DNA of 64,000 nt. Origin: Candidatus Multivorans sp. (GTDB lineage Bacteria; Acidobacteriota; Thermoanaerobaculia; Multivoradales; Multivoraceae). The stretch lies in NCBI GenBank assembly GCA_965224025.1, contig OZ245033.1:4736001-4800000 (forward strand), read 5' to 3'. Positions 55,327-64,000 of the stretch are shown here, one piece after another (position 1 is the stretch's first letter; each line of letters begins with the position of its first letter). Both the position numbers and the translations under genes were made by a program. The notes beneath the pieces were generated by a model that saw only the letters and a program-made list of their open reading frames with translations, made no database searches and was not told where the DNA came from.

Positions 55327-55632
55327 ATGGCCACCAAGGCATCGGTCGCCAAGAACGAGCGCCGCAAGAAGATCGTCGAGAGGTACCGGGAACGGAGGGA
55401 AGAGTTGCGCGCCCTGGTCAGGGACGAGCGTCTTCCCCCCGAGCAGCGCTTCCAGGCGCAGCTTCTCCTGAACAAGCTGCCGCGCGACGCCAGTCCGGTC
55501 CGCGTGCGCAACCGCTGCGCCGTCACCGGACGGCCGCGGGGCTACTACCGGAAGTTCGGCCTGTCGCGCATCGCCCTGCGGGACCTGGCTCTCCGCGGCG
55601 AGCTCCCCGGCGTGATCAAGGCAAGCTGGTAG
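55327..55632 (+). CDS. rpsN: 30S ribosomal protein S14 (long, Zn-independent type)
   Basis: [51 protein letters not shown]; 101 aa, one Cys. Confidence 0.97.
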   Translation: MATKASVAKNERRKKIVERYRERREELRALVRDERLPPEQRFQAQLLLNKLPRDASPVRVRNRCAVTGRPRGYYRKFGLSRIALRDLALRGELPGVIKASW

Positions 55633-55636
55633 ACCC

Positions 55637-56203
55637 TCAGCCCCCGAGAGCCGCGGCCAGCCCGGCCAGCATCCGCCGCTCTTCCCGGGACACGCTGCCA
55701 AGGCCCAGGAAGCCGCCAGCGGCTTCCGCAACCACCTGCGCGCGGTTCATGATGTCGCCGCGCACCGCCGCGGCGTCGTCGTCGCCCAGTTCCGCAACCA
55801 GCGCCGACGCGTAGCCCTTCCAGGCTTCAAGCAGCTCGACGCCAGGACGACGCTCAAGCCAGGCGTCGAGCAGCTTGGCGGCGGTCGACCCCCTCGTCAC
55901 TCCCGCGTCCCTCGCCGCCTTCAGGATGGCGTCCCGCTCTCCGGCGTCCATCGCATCGTCGGCCCAGGCGACCTCGATCAGCGGCACGAGGCCCACCGCC
56001 ACCAGCGCCTCGCTGTGCATTCCGGCGTCCAACAGAGCGCCGAGGACTTCCCTGTGCGCGATCCCCGATGCCGCCGCCAACTCGTCGATCTGCTGCTCCC
56101 GTTCCTTCTGGGCCCGCAACTCCCCGATCAGCTTGCGGTCCATGTTGCGAAAGAAGGCTTCCTCCAGGGAATCACCACGTTCACGGAGGGCATCGGTGGT
56201 CAT
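55637..56203 (-). CDS. TerB-like hypothetical protein
   Basis: LEEAFF, PLIEVAWAD, VAEAAGGFLG. Confidence 0.7.
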   Translation of the reverse strand: MTTDALRERGDSLEEAFFRNMDRKLIGELRAQKEREQQIDELAAASGIAHREVLGALLDAGMHSEALVAVGLVPLIEVAWADDAMDAGERDAILKAARDAGVTRGSTAAKLLDAWLERRPGVELLEAWKGYASALVAELGDDDAAAVRGDIMNRAQVVAEAAGGFLGLGSVSREERRMLAGLAAALGG

Positions 56204-56360
56204 CTGACTCGCTTCCTATTGGGTCGGGACGTGAGATCTCGGGGCCAAAAGCGGCGGCATCGTAACACCCTCCGCACCCGCTGCCCGGTGCTACGATCGG
56301 CCTTCTCTTCGTCCAGCTTCGGTCGATACGCAACAGCCTCTGCACAGGGAGACAACGACC

Positions 56361-57383
56361 ATGTTCGATCTTCACGCGCCGGGTCGCGGACGGGTTCTGC
56401 TCGGCCTCCTCATCATCTCGCTGGCGTCCGCGCCGGTCGCCGCCCAGACGGTCTGCATGCCGACGTTCTTCATGGACGCCCTCGCCGATCTGGGAGAAGA
56501 GCACGAGAACCTGAGCCTGGCGGGGGTCGACGACGACCTGGATCCGAGCGACTGCGACGGGCTGATCGCCGGCTACCGCGGCATCGAGAACTTCCTGGTC
56601 GCCGACGGCAAGCTGCGCTGGATCCAGAGCAACTCGGCCGGCGTCGAGGGCTTTCTCGAGATCCCCGACCTGCGCGACAGCGACATCGTGCTGACCAACG
56701 CGAAGATCATCCAGGGCCCCGAGATCGCCGACCACGCCTTCGCCCTGCTGCTCAACTTCACCCGCAACATCAAGGCATTCAACGCCCAGATGCCCGAGGG
56801 CTGGAACAGGAACCAGGAGCTGCCGATGATCGAGCTCAGAGGCAAGACGGCGCTCGTCATCGGCCTCGGCGGCATCGGCACACAGATCGCGCAGCGGGCC
56901 GCCGCCTTCGGCATGACCGTGATCGCGGTCGATCCGAAGGACATCCCCATCCACCGCGACGTCGCGTACGTCGGCAAACCGGACGAGCTCGACGATCTGT
57001 TGCCGCGAGCCGATGTCGTCTTCTCCTCCGTGCCGCATACGCCGGCCACGGAGGGCCTGATCGGCGCCCGCCAGTTCGAGCTGATGAAGCAGGACGTCTA
57101 CTTCATCAACATCTCGCGCGGGAAGATCGTCGACACGGGCGCCCTGGTCGCGGCACTCGAAAGCGGCAAGGTCCGCGCCGCCGGCCTCGACGTCACCGAT
57201 CCCGAACCGTTGCCCGCCGACCATCCGCTGTGGACGATGTCGAACGTGACGATCACGCCTCACCTGGCGACGATCTCGGACCGGCTGGAGGAACGGCGGA
57301 TGCAGTTGCTGCGGGACAACGTCACCCGCTTCGCCACCGGCAGGCCACTCCGCAACGTCATCGACAAGCAGGCCGGCTACTAG
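56361..57383 (+). CDS. D-2-hydroxyacid dehydrogenase with apparent signal peptide
   Basis: GLGGIG, INISRG, LDVTDPEPLP, ITPH. Confidence 0.9.
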   Translation: MFDLHAPGRGRVLLGLLIISLASAPVAAQTVCMPTFFMDALADLGEEHENLSLAGVDDDLDPSDCDGLIAGYRGIENFLVADGKLRWIQSNSAGVEGFLEIPDLRDSDIVLTNAKIIQGPEIADHAFALLLNFTRNIKAFNAQMPEGWNRNQELPMIELRGKTALVIGLGGIGTQIAQRAAAFGMTVIAVDPKDIPIHRDVAYVGKPDELDDLLPRADVVFSSVPHTPATEGLIGARQFELMKQDVYFINISRGKIVDTGALVAALESGKVRAAGLDVTDPEPLPADHPLWTMSNVTITPHLATISDRLEERRMQLLRDNVTRFATGRPLRNVIDKQAGY

Positions 57384-57391
57384 ACCACTGG

Positions 57392-58150
57392 GTGCGCCGG
57401 CCCGAAGCGTTCCTCGCCCTCCTGCTCTGCGCCGCGTCCGCGGCCGCCCAATCGGCCGCGGATGATCCGGCGGGCTCCTGGACGCCTTTACGTTCCGCCA
57501 CATCGGCCCGATCGGCAACCGGGTTTCCGCCGTAGCCGGAGTGCCCAGCGAAGAGGCCGTCTACTACGCCGGGGCCGCCTCGGGCGGCCTTTGGCGCACC
57601 CTGAATGGGGGGTGTCTCATGGGAGCCGATCTTCGACCGCCACGACGCCGCGTCGATCGGTTCGATCGCGGTGGCGCCCTCCGATCCCGAACGTGATCTG
57701 GGTCGGCACCGGCGAGAGCTTCATCCGCAGCAACATCTCGATCGGCAACGGCGTCTACCGTTCCACGAACCGCGGAGACGGCTTTGAACACCTCGGGCTC
57801 GACCTCACCGGCCGCATCGGCCGGATCATCGTGCACCCCGACGATCCGGACACCGCCCTGGTCGCGGCTCTCGGCCACGCCTACGGGCCGCAGGACCGCG
57901 ACGAGGCGGCACGCGGCGTCTTTCGTACTAGCGACGGCGGCGCCACCTGGGACCACGTCCTGTTCATCGACGCGGACACCGGCGCCATCGACCTCGCCTT
58001 CGCGCCGGACAACCCGCGGATCGTCTACGCCGCCGCCTGGCAGATCGAGATCCGCACCTCCGGCCGCACCAGCGGCGGCCCCGGCAGCGGCCTCTACCGC
58101 TCCCGCGACGGCGGCGCCACATGGGAGCCCCTCGAAGGCGCCGGCCCGCC
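57392..58150 (+). pseudogene. BNR/VPS10-type glycosyl hydrolase fragment, frameshifted and truncated
   Basis: RHIGPIGNRVSAV, GAASGGLW, WEPIFD, WVGTGE, S.DGGATW lie in different frames; the family-like sequence stops near 58150. Confidence 0.8.
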
Positions 58151-58290
58151 GAGATCGCCCGCCGCGTCGCCCTTTTCCGCCGCGGCGAACACGAGGAGAT
58201 CGAAGGCGCCGGCCACATGGTCCACTATGACGCCCCGGACCAACTCGTCGAGTCGATCCGGGGCTTCATGGAAGGCCTGCCTCCGGACGG

Positions 58291-58737
58291 CTAGGAGCCG
58301 CTGTTTCCGATCTCGACATGCACCGACCACCAGGCAAAGTTCTGGCCGCCCGTGTCGAGTTCGACATCCTGCATCTCGCCGGCAGCCAGAGTGACGTTCG
58401 GCGTGGGGCCCAGTTCCGTTCCGTTCGACAGGTGGATCTCGACCCGCACATTCGAGATGGCGCTCCCGGTCATGTTCGTGATCGTGCCCTCGAACCTGTC
58501 GCCGGGCCCGTAGTGAGACATCACGAGGTCGACGCCCGAGCGGCTTTCGTAGGCCGTGTCTCCGGGGTTGTAGCGGTTTCCGGACTCGCCCAACTCACCG
58601 CCTTCGCCTTCGCCGCCCTCGCTGCCTTCGCTATGTCCGCTCCCTTCCGCTCCCTCGCCCACGTCGGTGGGGCCACGGAAGTTGTCGCAGGCCGCCAGGG
58701 CCAGGATCAGGAACACTGGCATCAGCACTTTCTTCAT
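58291..58737 (-). CDS. Small lipoprotein (FxLYD-like Ig fold)
   Basis: MKK...LAAC lipobox; GTITN.T....NVRVEIHL; GGAGG RBS. Confidence 0.7.
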   Translation of the reverse strand: MKKVLMPVFLILALAACDNFRGPTDVGEGAEGSGHSEGSEGGEGEGGELGESGNRYNPGDTAYESRSGVDLVMSHYGPGDRFEGTITNMTGSAISNVRVEIHLSNGTELGPTPNVTLAAGEMQDVELDTGGQNFAWWSVHVEIGNSGS

Positions 58738-58865
58738 TGGGCTTCCTCCAGTTTGTTCGTTCATGGTGAACAGCTCATCCAGCATGAACACACTGGAGGT
58801 GCAACCAACATGCCAGGAGGCTGCTCTGGGCCTCCATCACCGGACAACCGGCGGACAAATGTCAG

Positions 58866-59933
58866 TCAGCGGGCATCGTCGGCGCCGAACATCTGGCGGA
58901 GCAGATCGGCGAGGCGGTAGCCGGCCAGGGCGGCGCGCCTGAGGGAGGTTTCGTAGGCGAGTTGGGCGTAGGCGCCGGGGGGTGCTTGACCACGTGCAAG
59001 GTCTCGGGGATAGAGGGACGTGCGGACGATCCGGTTCGACTCGCGGGCCCAAGCTTCGAAGTCGCCGGACTTGAGATTGGCGCGGGCGGCGTCGTCGAGA
59101 GGGTGGCGTGAGCGGATCTCCTCGGCGATCCGGTCCTTGAGGGCCTCGAACTCGCGGTCGCGGGCTTCTCCGAAGGCTGTCCAGAACCGTCCGGGGGACG
59201 GCGGCTGGGTGGATTCGCTGGTGAGGCGGGCGAGCACGCGCTGCCGGATTCCGGCCCGGAACGGGCCGTCGAGGGCGCCGTCCCAGAAGGCGTGGAGGTT
59301 GCGGTTCCACTCGTCCAGGCCAAAGCCGTTGCCGCCGCGGTCGCCTTCTCGCTCGGCCCGCTGCTCGGTCACGCGCGAGGCGGCGTGGAGCGGTTGGTGA
59401 ACATCGCCCACGAGGTGGAAGATCCAGGCCAGGTGGATCGCGCGCTCGTCCGGCCGGCCGGAGGTGTCGGCAACGGACAACGCGAGTTCGCGCAACTGGC
59501 TCACGGCGTTCGGCTCGGGCACGGGCAGATCGGTATCGTGAGCGCTTCCATCGGCGCCCTGGCGCCAGGTCCAGCCGATGTAGTGCCAGGTCGGTCGGTT
59601 GTACCTGTCGAGTTCGCGAGCCAGGTCGGGCCAGTAGGCGGCGCGCTCGAACAGGATGCGGTCGCCGTCCTCAGAGCTCCCGGCGTCGTCGAGGCGGTAG
59701 GCGAAACGCCCGCAGCCCCGTCGCCGCTCCTGGTTCAGGTCGAGACAGTGCATCAGGCTGTAGCGCGGAGCCTCCCGGAACAGGGCGAGGACGCGTTCGC
59801 GGACCTCCGGTTCGAGTTCCTGCCAGGCGATCCGGGCCACGAGCTCATGGCCGAAGTCGTTCCAGGCGTGGGCGGAGGAGGTAGCCGTCAAACTGACGGT
59901 AGCTGCGAGTAGAAGCGCTCGTTGGAACGACAT
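58866..59933 (-). CDS. S1/P1 nuclease
   Basis: W...GHE, WPD, WHY, HLVGDVHQPLH, DRGGN, NLHAFWD, AGYRLA. Confidence 0.93.
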   Translation of the reverse strand: MSFQRALLLAATVSLTATSSAHAWNDFGHELVARIAWQELEPEVRERVLALFREAPRYSLMHCLDLNQERRRGCGRFAYRLDDAGSSEDGDRILFERAAYWPDLARELDRYNRPTWHYIGWTWRQGADGSAHDTDLPVPEPNAVSQLRELALSVADTSGRPDERAIHLAWIFHLVGDVHQPLHAASRVTEQRAEREGDRGGNGFGLDEWNRNLHAFWDGALDGPFRAGIRQRVLARLTSESTQPPSPGRFWTAFGEARDREFEALKDRIAEEIRSRHPLDDAARANLKSGDFEAWARESNRIVRTSLYPRDLARGQAPPGAYAQLAYETSLRRAALAGYRLADLLRQMFGADDAR

Positions 59934-60132
59934 GGGGCGAGTGTACAGAGAACGGGCTCGCCGCTTCGCGGCATCGCGCCTGATGCGGACCAGAAGGTCC
60001 GCGCACCCAGAGAAAGGGCGTCAGCAGGGATGCCACTCTCTACTGCAACCGCCAAGTCGTCACAGCGGCGCACCCAGTGTTTCGGTTGATAAAGTGCCCG
60101 CCGGTCCGATCCCCGGCGAAGCCTGCTCTACC

Positions 60133-61662
60133 GTGTCCAGCGTTCAGAACTTCACGCTCTACGACGTTCTCGTCCGCAACCAGGCGGCGTTCGGCGACCG
60201 GCTCGCCCTGGTCACCGAGGACGGCGAGGAGCGAAGCTTCGCCGAGCTGCACAGCCGCGTGGACGCGTTGGCCGCGGGCCTCGACGGTTGCGGTCTCGTG
60301 GCTGGCGACCGGCTCGCCGTCCTGGCCCAGAACTCCGCGGCCTACGTGGAGCTCTACTTCGCCTGCGCCCGCCAGGGCATCGTGGTCTACCCGGTCAACT
60401 GGCGGCTGCAGAAGGGCGAGATCGAGCTCCTGATCCGCGAGCGGGCAAAGCCGAGCGCCTTCGTGGTCGGCGCCGACTTCCTGGACTCCGTGCCGGGCGG
60501 ACCCGGCGACGACGCGATCCCCCACTGGTTCCAGTTCGGCGACGACCCGGCATCGGGCTACAGCTCCCTCGACTCGATCTACGGCGACGACGACGCCGAG
60601 GACCTGCCGCGCCCCGAGGTGGCGGCGGACGAACCGTTCGCGGTCATCGCGACCGCGGCCGTCGACGTCATCCCGCGCGGCGCCCTGCTCAGCCACTCGA
60701 ACCTGGTCTGGGCCAACCTGCAGGAGATCGCGTCCCTGGGCCTGGAGCGCTCCGACCGCAACCTGGTCGCCCTGCCGCTCTTTCACATCGCCGCGCTCGG
60801 CCACCTGCTGAGCGTCCTGCACGCCGGCGGCGCGAACGTGATCACGGCAAAGTACGACCCCGCGCAGGCGGTCGAACTGATCGACCGCCACCGGATCACG
60901 ATGATCAGCGATTTTCCTCCGGTGCTCGCCACCCTGCTCGACGCGGCGTCCGCGGCCGGCAGCCGCCTGCCCAGCCTCCGGCACGTGACCGGCCTCGACG
61001 CACCGGCCACGATGGAGCGGCTCCACGAGGAGACCGACGCCACCTTCTGGGCCGGCTTCGGGCAATGCGAGACCAGTGGCTTCGTGACGATCCAGAACGC
61101 CCGCGAACGCCTGGGCTGCGCCGGCAAGGCGGCCGAGCTGTGCTGCGTGCGCCTGCTCGACGACAACGAACGCGAAGTGCCCGCCGGCGAGGACGGCGAG
61201 ATCGTCGTCCGCGGACCGCTGGTGTTCCTCGGTTACGACGGCCAGCCCGACGTCACCGCCCACACCTTCCGGGGCGGCTGGCACCACACCGGCGACATCG
61301 GCCGTTTCGACGAAGATGGCAACCTCTTCTACGTCGCCCGCAAGCCCGAGAAGGAACTGATCAAGCCCGGCGGCGAGAACGTCTATCCGGCCGAGGTCGA
61401 AGCGGCGATCCTCGAACTGGACACCGTCCGCGCCGCCTGCGTGTTCGGTGTCAGCGACGACCGCTGGGGCGAAGCGATCCGCGCCGTTGTCGAAGCGGAT
61501 CCTGAAGCCGGTCTCGACCAGGAAGCCGTACGGGAGCACGTCGGCTCGAGAATCGCCCGGTTCAAGCGTCCGCGCGACGTGATCTTCACCAGCGAACTGC
61601 CCCGCTCGGACAAGGGCGAGGTCGACCGAGCCGCGGTCAAGGAACGCTGGGGAGACACCTAG
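60133..61662 (+). CDS. AMP-binding acyl-CoA ligase
   Basis: PLFH, FGQCET, HHTGD.G, IKPGGENVYPAEVE, WGEAI; atypical P-loop TAAVDVIPRG. Confidence 0.9.
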   Translation: MSSVQNFTLYDVLVRNQAAFGDRLALVTEDGEERSFAELHSRVDALAAGLDGCGLVAGDRLAVLAQNSAAYVELYFACARQGIVVYPVNWRLQKGEIELLIRERAKPSAFVVGADFLDSVPGGPGDDAIPHWFQFGDDPASGYSSLDSIYGDDDAEDLPRPEVAADEPFAVIATAAVDVIPRGALLSHSNLVWANLQEIASLGLERSDRNLVALPLFHIAALGHLLSVLHAGGANVITAKYDPAQAVELIDRHRITMISDFPPVLATLLDAASAAGSRLPSLRHVTGLDAPATMERLHEETDATFWAGFGQCETSGFVTIQNARERLGCAGKAAELCCVRLLDDNEREVPAGEDGEIVVRGPLVFLGYDGQPDVTAHTFRGGWHHTGDIGRFDEDGNLFYVARKPEKELIKPGGENVYPAEVEAAILELDTVRAACVFGVSDDRWGEAIRAVVEADPEAGLDQEAVREHVGSRIARFKRPRDVIFTSELPRSDKGEVDRAAVKERWGDT

Positions 61663-61668
61663 ACGGTC

Positions 61669-62727
61669 GTGGCGGAATCGCCGCGGCCCGCCACCGACGC
61701 CGGCCTGGAGGTCACAGGGATCGAGAACGCGATCCTCGACCTGCTGGTGCGGGTCGAGGACCGGCATCTGGACGAGATGGGCCTCGACAAGGGGATCATG
61801 AAGCTTGTTTCCGCGGACGAGCAGGAGGCGATCCTCGATCACGTCCTCAATCGCGACGGTGAAGTCCTCGAGCCCGAGATCGAGGCCGGCGGCTCCTGCG
61901 CCAACGTGCTGCGCGCCGCGTCCCTGCTCGGCGTGGAAACGAGTTACAGCTCAGCGGTCGCCAACGACGACACGGGCCGGCTGTTCGAGCACGGTCTCGA
62001 GGCGAGCCGGGTGCGCAACCGCCTGGCCCACATCGACGGCGTGACCGGAACCTCGGTCGTCCTGGTCACGCCCGACGGCGAGCGGACGATGAACACACAC
62101 CTCGGCGTCTGCCGCCAGTACCGCGCCGCTCACGTGCCCGAGGACGACATCCGCCGGTCGCGCATCTTCTTCACCACGGGTTACATCTGGGACACGCCGA
62201 ACCAGATCGACGCGATCGAACACGCGATCGAGGTAGCGCGGGAGGCCGGCGCCAGGCTGGCCATCGACCTGGCCGATCCGTTCGCCGTCGGCCGGTCGAG
62301 AAACCACCTCCTCCGCCACAAGGAACACGGCTTCGACATCCTGTTCGCGAACGCCGAGGAGGCGCGCATGATGACCGGCCTGGAGCCCGAAGCCGCGGCC
62401 CGCGAACTCAGCGAGACGATCGAGGTGGTCGCCATAAAAGACGGCGTCCGCGGGGCCTGGGTGCGGCGGGGGGATGAAGTCCACCACGTCCCCGCCCACC
62501 GGGTCGAGGTGGTCGACACGACGGGCGCCGGCGACTGTTTCGCCGCCGGCTTCCTCCACGGCCTGCTGCGCGAACTGCCGGTCCGCACCTGCTGCGAGAT
62601 CGGTATCGCAATGGCCGCCGATACGATCACGCACCTGGGAGTCAAGCTGTCGCCCGACATCCGGGAACGGCTGACATCAATCGAACACCAGCAGCAACGA
62701 CACCAGCAACGGCAAGCCGCTCAGTGA
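61669..62727 (+). CDS. PfkB-family (adenosine kinase-like) kinase
   Basis: AGGSCAN, PDGERTM, FANAEEA, DTTGAGDCFAAGF. Confidence 0.92.
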   Translation: MAESPRPATDAGLEVTGIENAILDLLVRVEDRHLDEMGLDKGIMKLVSADEQEAILDHVLNRDGEVLEPEIEAGGSCANVLRAASLLGVETSYSSAVANDDTGRLFEHGLEASRVRNRLAHIDGVTGTSVVLVTPDGERTMNTHLGVCRQYRAAHVPEDDIRRSRIFFTTGYIWDTPNQIDAIEHAIEVAREAGARLAIDLADPFAVGRSRNHLLRHKEHGFDILFANAEEARMMTGLEPEAAARELSETIEVVAIKDGVRGAWVRRGDEVHHVPAHRVEVVDTTGAGDCFAAGFLHGLLRELPVRTCCEIGIAMAADTITHLGVKLSPDIRERLTSIEHQQQRHQQRQAAQ

Positions 62728-62741
62728 CAGGAGAAGTGCTC

Positions 62742-64000
62742 ATGAATCGGCACACCGCCCGCATCGAGGATTCGCCCCCAAGACGGGACGGCCCAAAGCG
62801 CCCCAGCCCGCGGTCGACCGTCGCCGCTGCGTTCTGCTGCTTCGCCGCCGCGGCCCTGCTGGCGCCGACCGCCCTGAGCGCCCAGGAGACGACCGCGCTC
62901 AAGCCGCACCACGTGGCGACCCTCCGCGGCGTCGGCACCGTCGAGCTCTCGCCCGACGGCAGCCTCGCCGCATACCTCCTGGCCGTGCCTCGGCGGCCGC
63001 TCGACGAAGACAGCGGCTCGTCCTGGACCGAACTCCACGTCCTCGACATGAGCGAACCCGGCGCCTCGCGCCCGTACATCACCGGCGAAGTGAACGTCGG
63101 CCGCCCGACCTTCCGGGGCAACGACGAGGTCCTCTACACGGCCCGCCGCGCCCCCGACAAGACGTCGGCGCTCTACGGCATCCCCCTCGCCGGCGGCGAG
63201 AGCCGCAAGCTGGTCGAGCACGAGGTCGGCATCGGCTCGTACGTCCTGTCGCCGGACGGCAGCCGGGTCGCCTTCCTGGCTCGCGAGGAAACGAACAAGG
63301 ATCTGAAGAAGCTCCGCGACCAGGGATTCGACCAGGAGATCTACGAAGAAGACCGTCCCCTGACCCGGCTCTGGATCGCGGATGTCCCCGCGCTCGACGC
63401 CGACCGGCACGACGAGGCGTCCAAGCCCGTCCTGGTCGAGGCGGTCGAGGGCTCCGTGCTCTCCGTGGTCTGGAGCCCGACCGGCGACCGCTTCGCCGCG
63501 GTCACCACGCCGACCTCCCTCATCGATGATTCCTTCACCAGCAAGAGCGTCGTGGTCGTCGATGCCCCCGCCGGCGAAGAGCTCTCCGTCGCGGGCGCCT
63601 TCCGCGCCATCGGCAAGCTCGGCTCCGCCCTGTTCAGTCCCGACGGCCAGCGCATCGCCGCGGTCTCGGCAGCCGATGAGAACGACCCCGCGGCGGGCCG
63701 CCTGATCGTGCTCGAGGCCGTTGACGGCGAGCCGAGCGACCTGCTGCCCGACTTCGAGGGGCATGTCGCCTCCTTCGCGTGGGAGGACGAAGAGCACCTG
63801 CTCTACAGCGCGTCCGTCGGCGTCTGGAGCACCTTCGGCCGGGTCTCCGTCTCTGGTCAGGCGACGACGCTGATCGAGCCCGGCGGTCCGATCAGTCTCA
63901 GCTTCAGCCGGGCCAGGGGCGGCGGCGCGCTGGCCCTGGTTTCGGAAGGCCCGGATCACCCGCGCGAGATCTACCGCTACGACCCGGCGGACCCGCAGAC
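62742..64000 (+). CDS. S9-family peptidase, N-terminal beta-propeller (3' truncated by window edge)
   Basis: AGGAG RBS, signal peptide, repeated SPDG/WSP blades; the catalytic domain is not in the window. Confidence 0.7.
   Translation, partial: MNRHTARIEDSPPRRDGPKRPSPRSTVAAAFCCFAAAALLAPTALSAQETTALKPHHVATLRGVGTVELSPDGSLAAYLLAVPRRPLDEDSGSSWTELHVLDMSEPGASRPYITGEVNVGRPTFRGNDEVLYTARRAPDKTSALYGIPLAGGESRKLVEHEVGIGSYVLSPDGSRVAFLAREETNKDLKKLRDQGFDQEIYEEDRPLTRLWIADVPALDADRHDEASKPVLVEAVEGSVLSVVWSPTGDRFAAVTTPTSLIDDSFTSKSVVVVDAPAGEELSVAGAFRAIGKLGSALFSPDGQRIAAVSAADENDPAAGRLIVLEAVDGEPSDLLPDFEGHVASFAWEDEEHLLYSASVGVWSTFGRVSVSGQATTLIEPGGPISLSFSRARGGGALALVSEGPDHPREIYRYDPADPQ

Noticed and set aside
1-64000. CRISPR array, rRNA or complete tRNA
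   Set aside because: No regularly spaced repeats or cas genes; the 71-nt repeats are kilobases apart; no cloverleaf or rRNA-like tract seen

Overview
GC-rich bacterial chromosomal window. The gene repertoire (Oar-like TonB receptor, sulfatases, wHTH-TPR regulator, S9 peptidase) suggests an Acidobacteriota-like organism, possibly host-associated; this is inference only. Bases 1-17,800 form an accessory/defence island: an IS110 element nested in the right end of an IS1182-like element, a decayed Phd-VapC pair, a three-gene bacterial ubiquitination-like operon (tandem Ubl, Cys-free E2-like, JAB-E1 fusion), an ABC-type ATPase plus PIN pair, a ~2,030-aa DEAH helicase-DUF1998-nuclease with a C-terminal LexA-like S24 domain, and a PARIS-like ATPase plus DUF4435 pair. 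The remainder is mostly metabolic or housekeeping: double sulfatase, Fic, heterodimeric ABC exporter, Na+/solute symporter, CoxD/CoxE-like MoxR-VWA, acylase, mog, pyrE, a TTQ amine dehydrogenase (mau-like) cluster, Zn-free rpsN, S1/P1 nuclease, acyl-CoA ligase and PfkB kinase. Non-genic signals the ORF track does not show: (i) an orphan AAC-rich DGR template-repeat and spacer remnant at 29,138-29,346 with no reverse transcriptase or target in the window; (ii) four copies of a ~71-nt two-hairpin repeat with compensatory changes, one read in-frame within an ABC transporter; (iii) a bridge-RNA-like structured IS110 leader; (iv) a chimeric relic of the helicase gene. All family assignments come from motif recognition by eye; no database searches were run.
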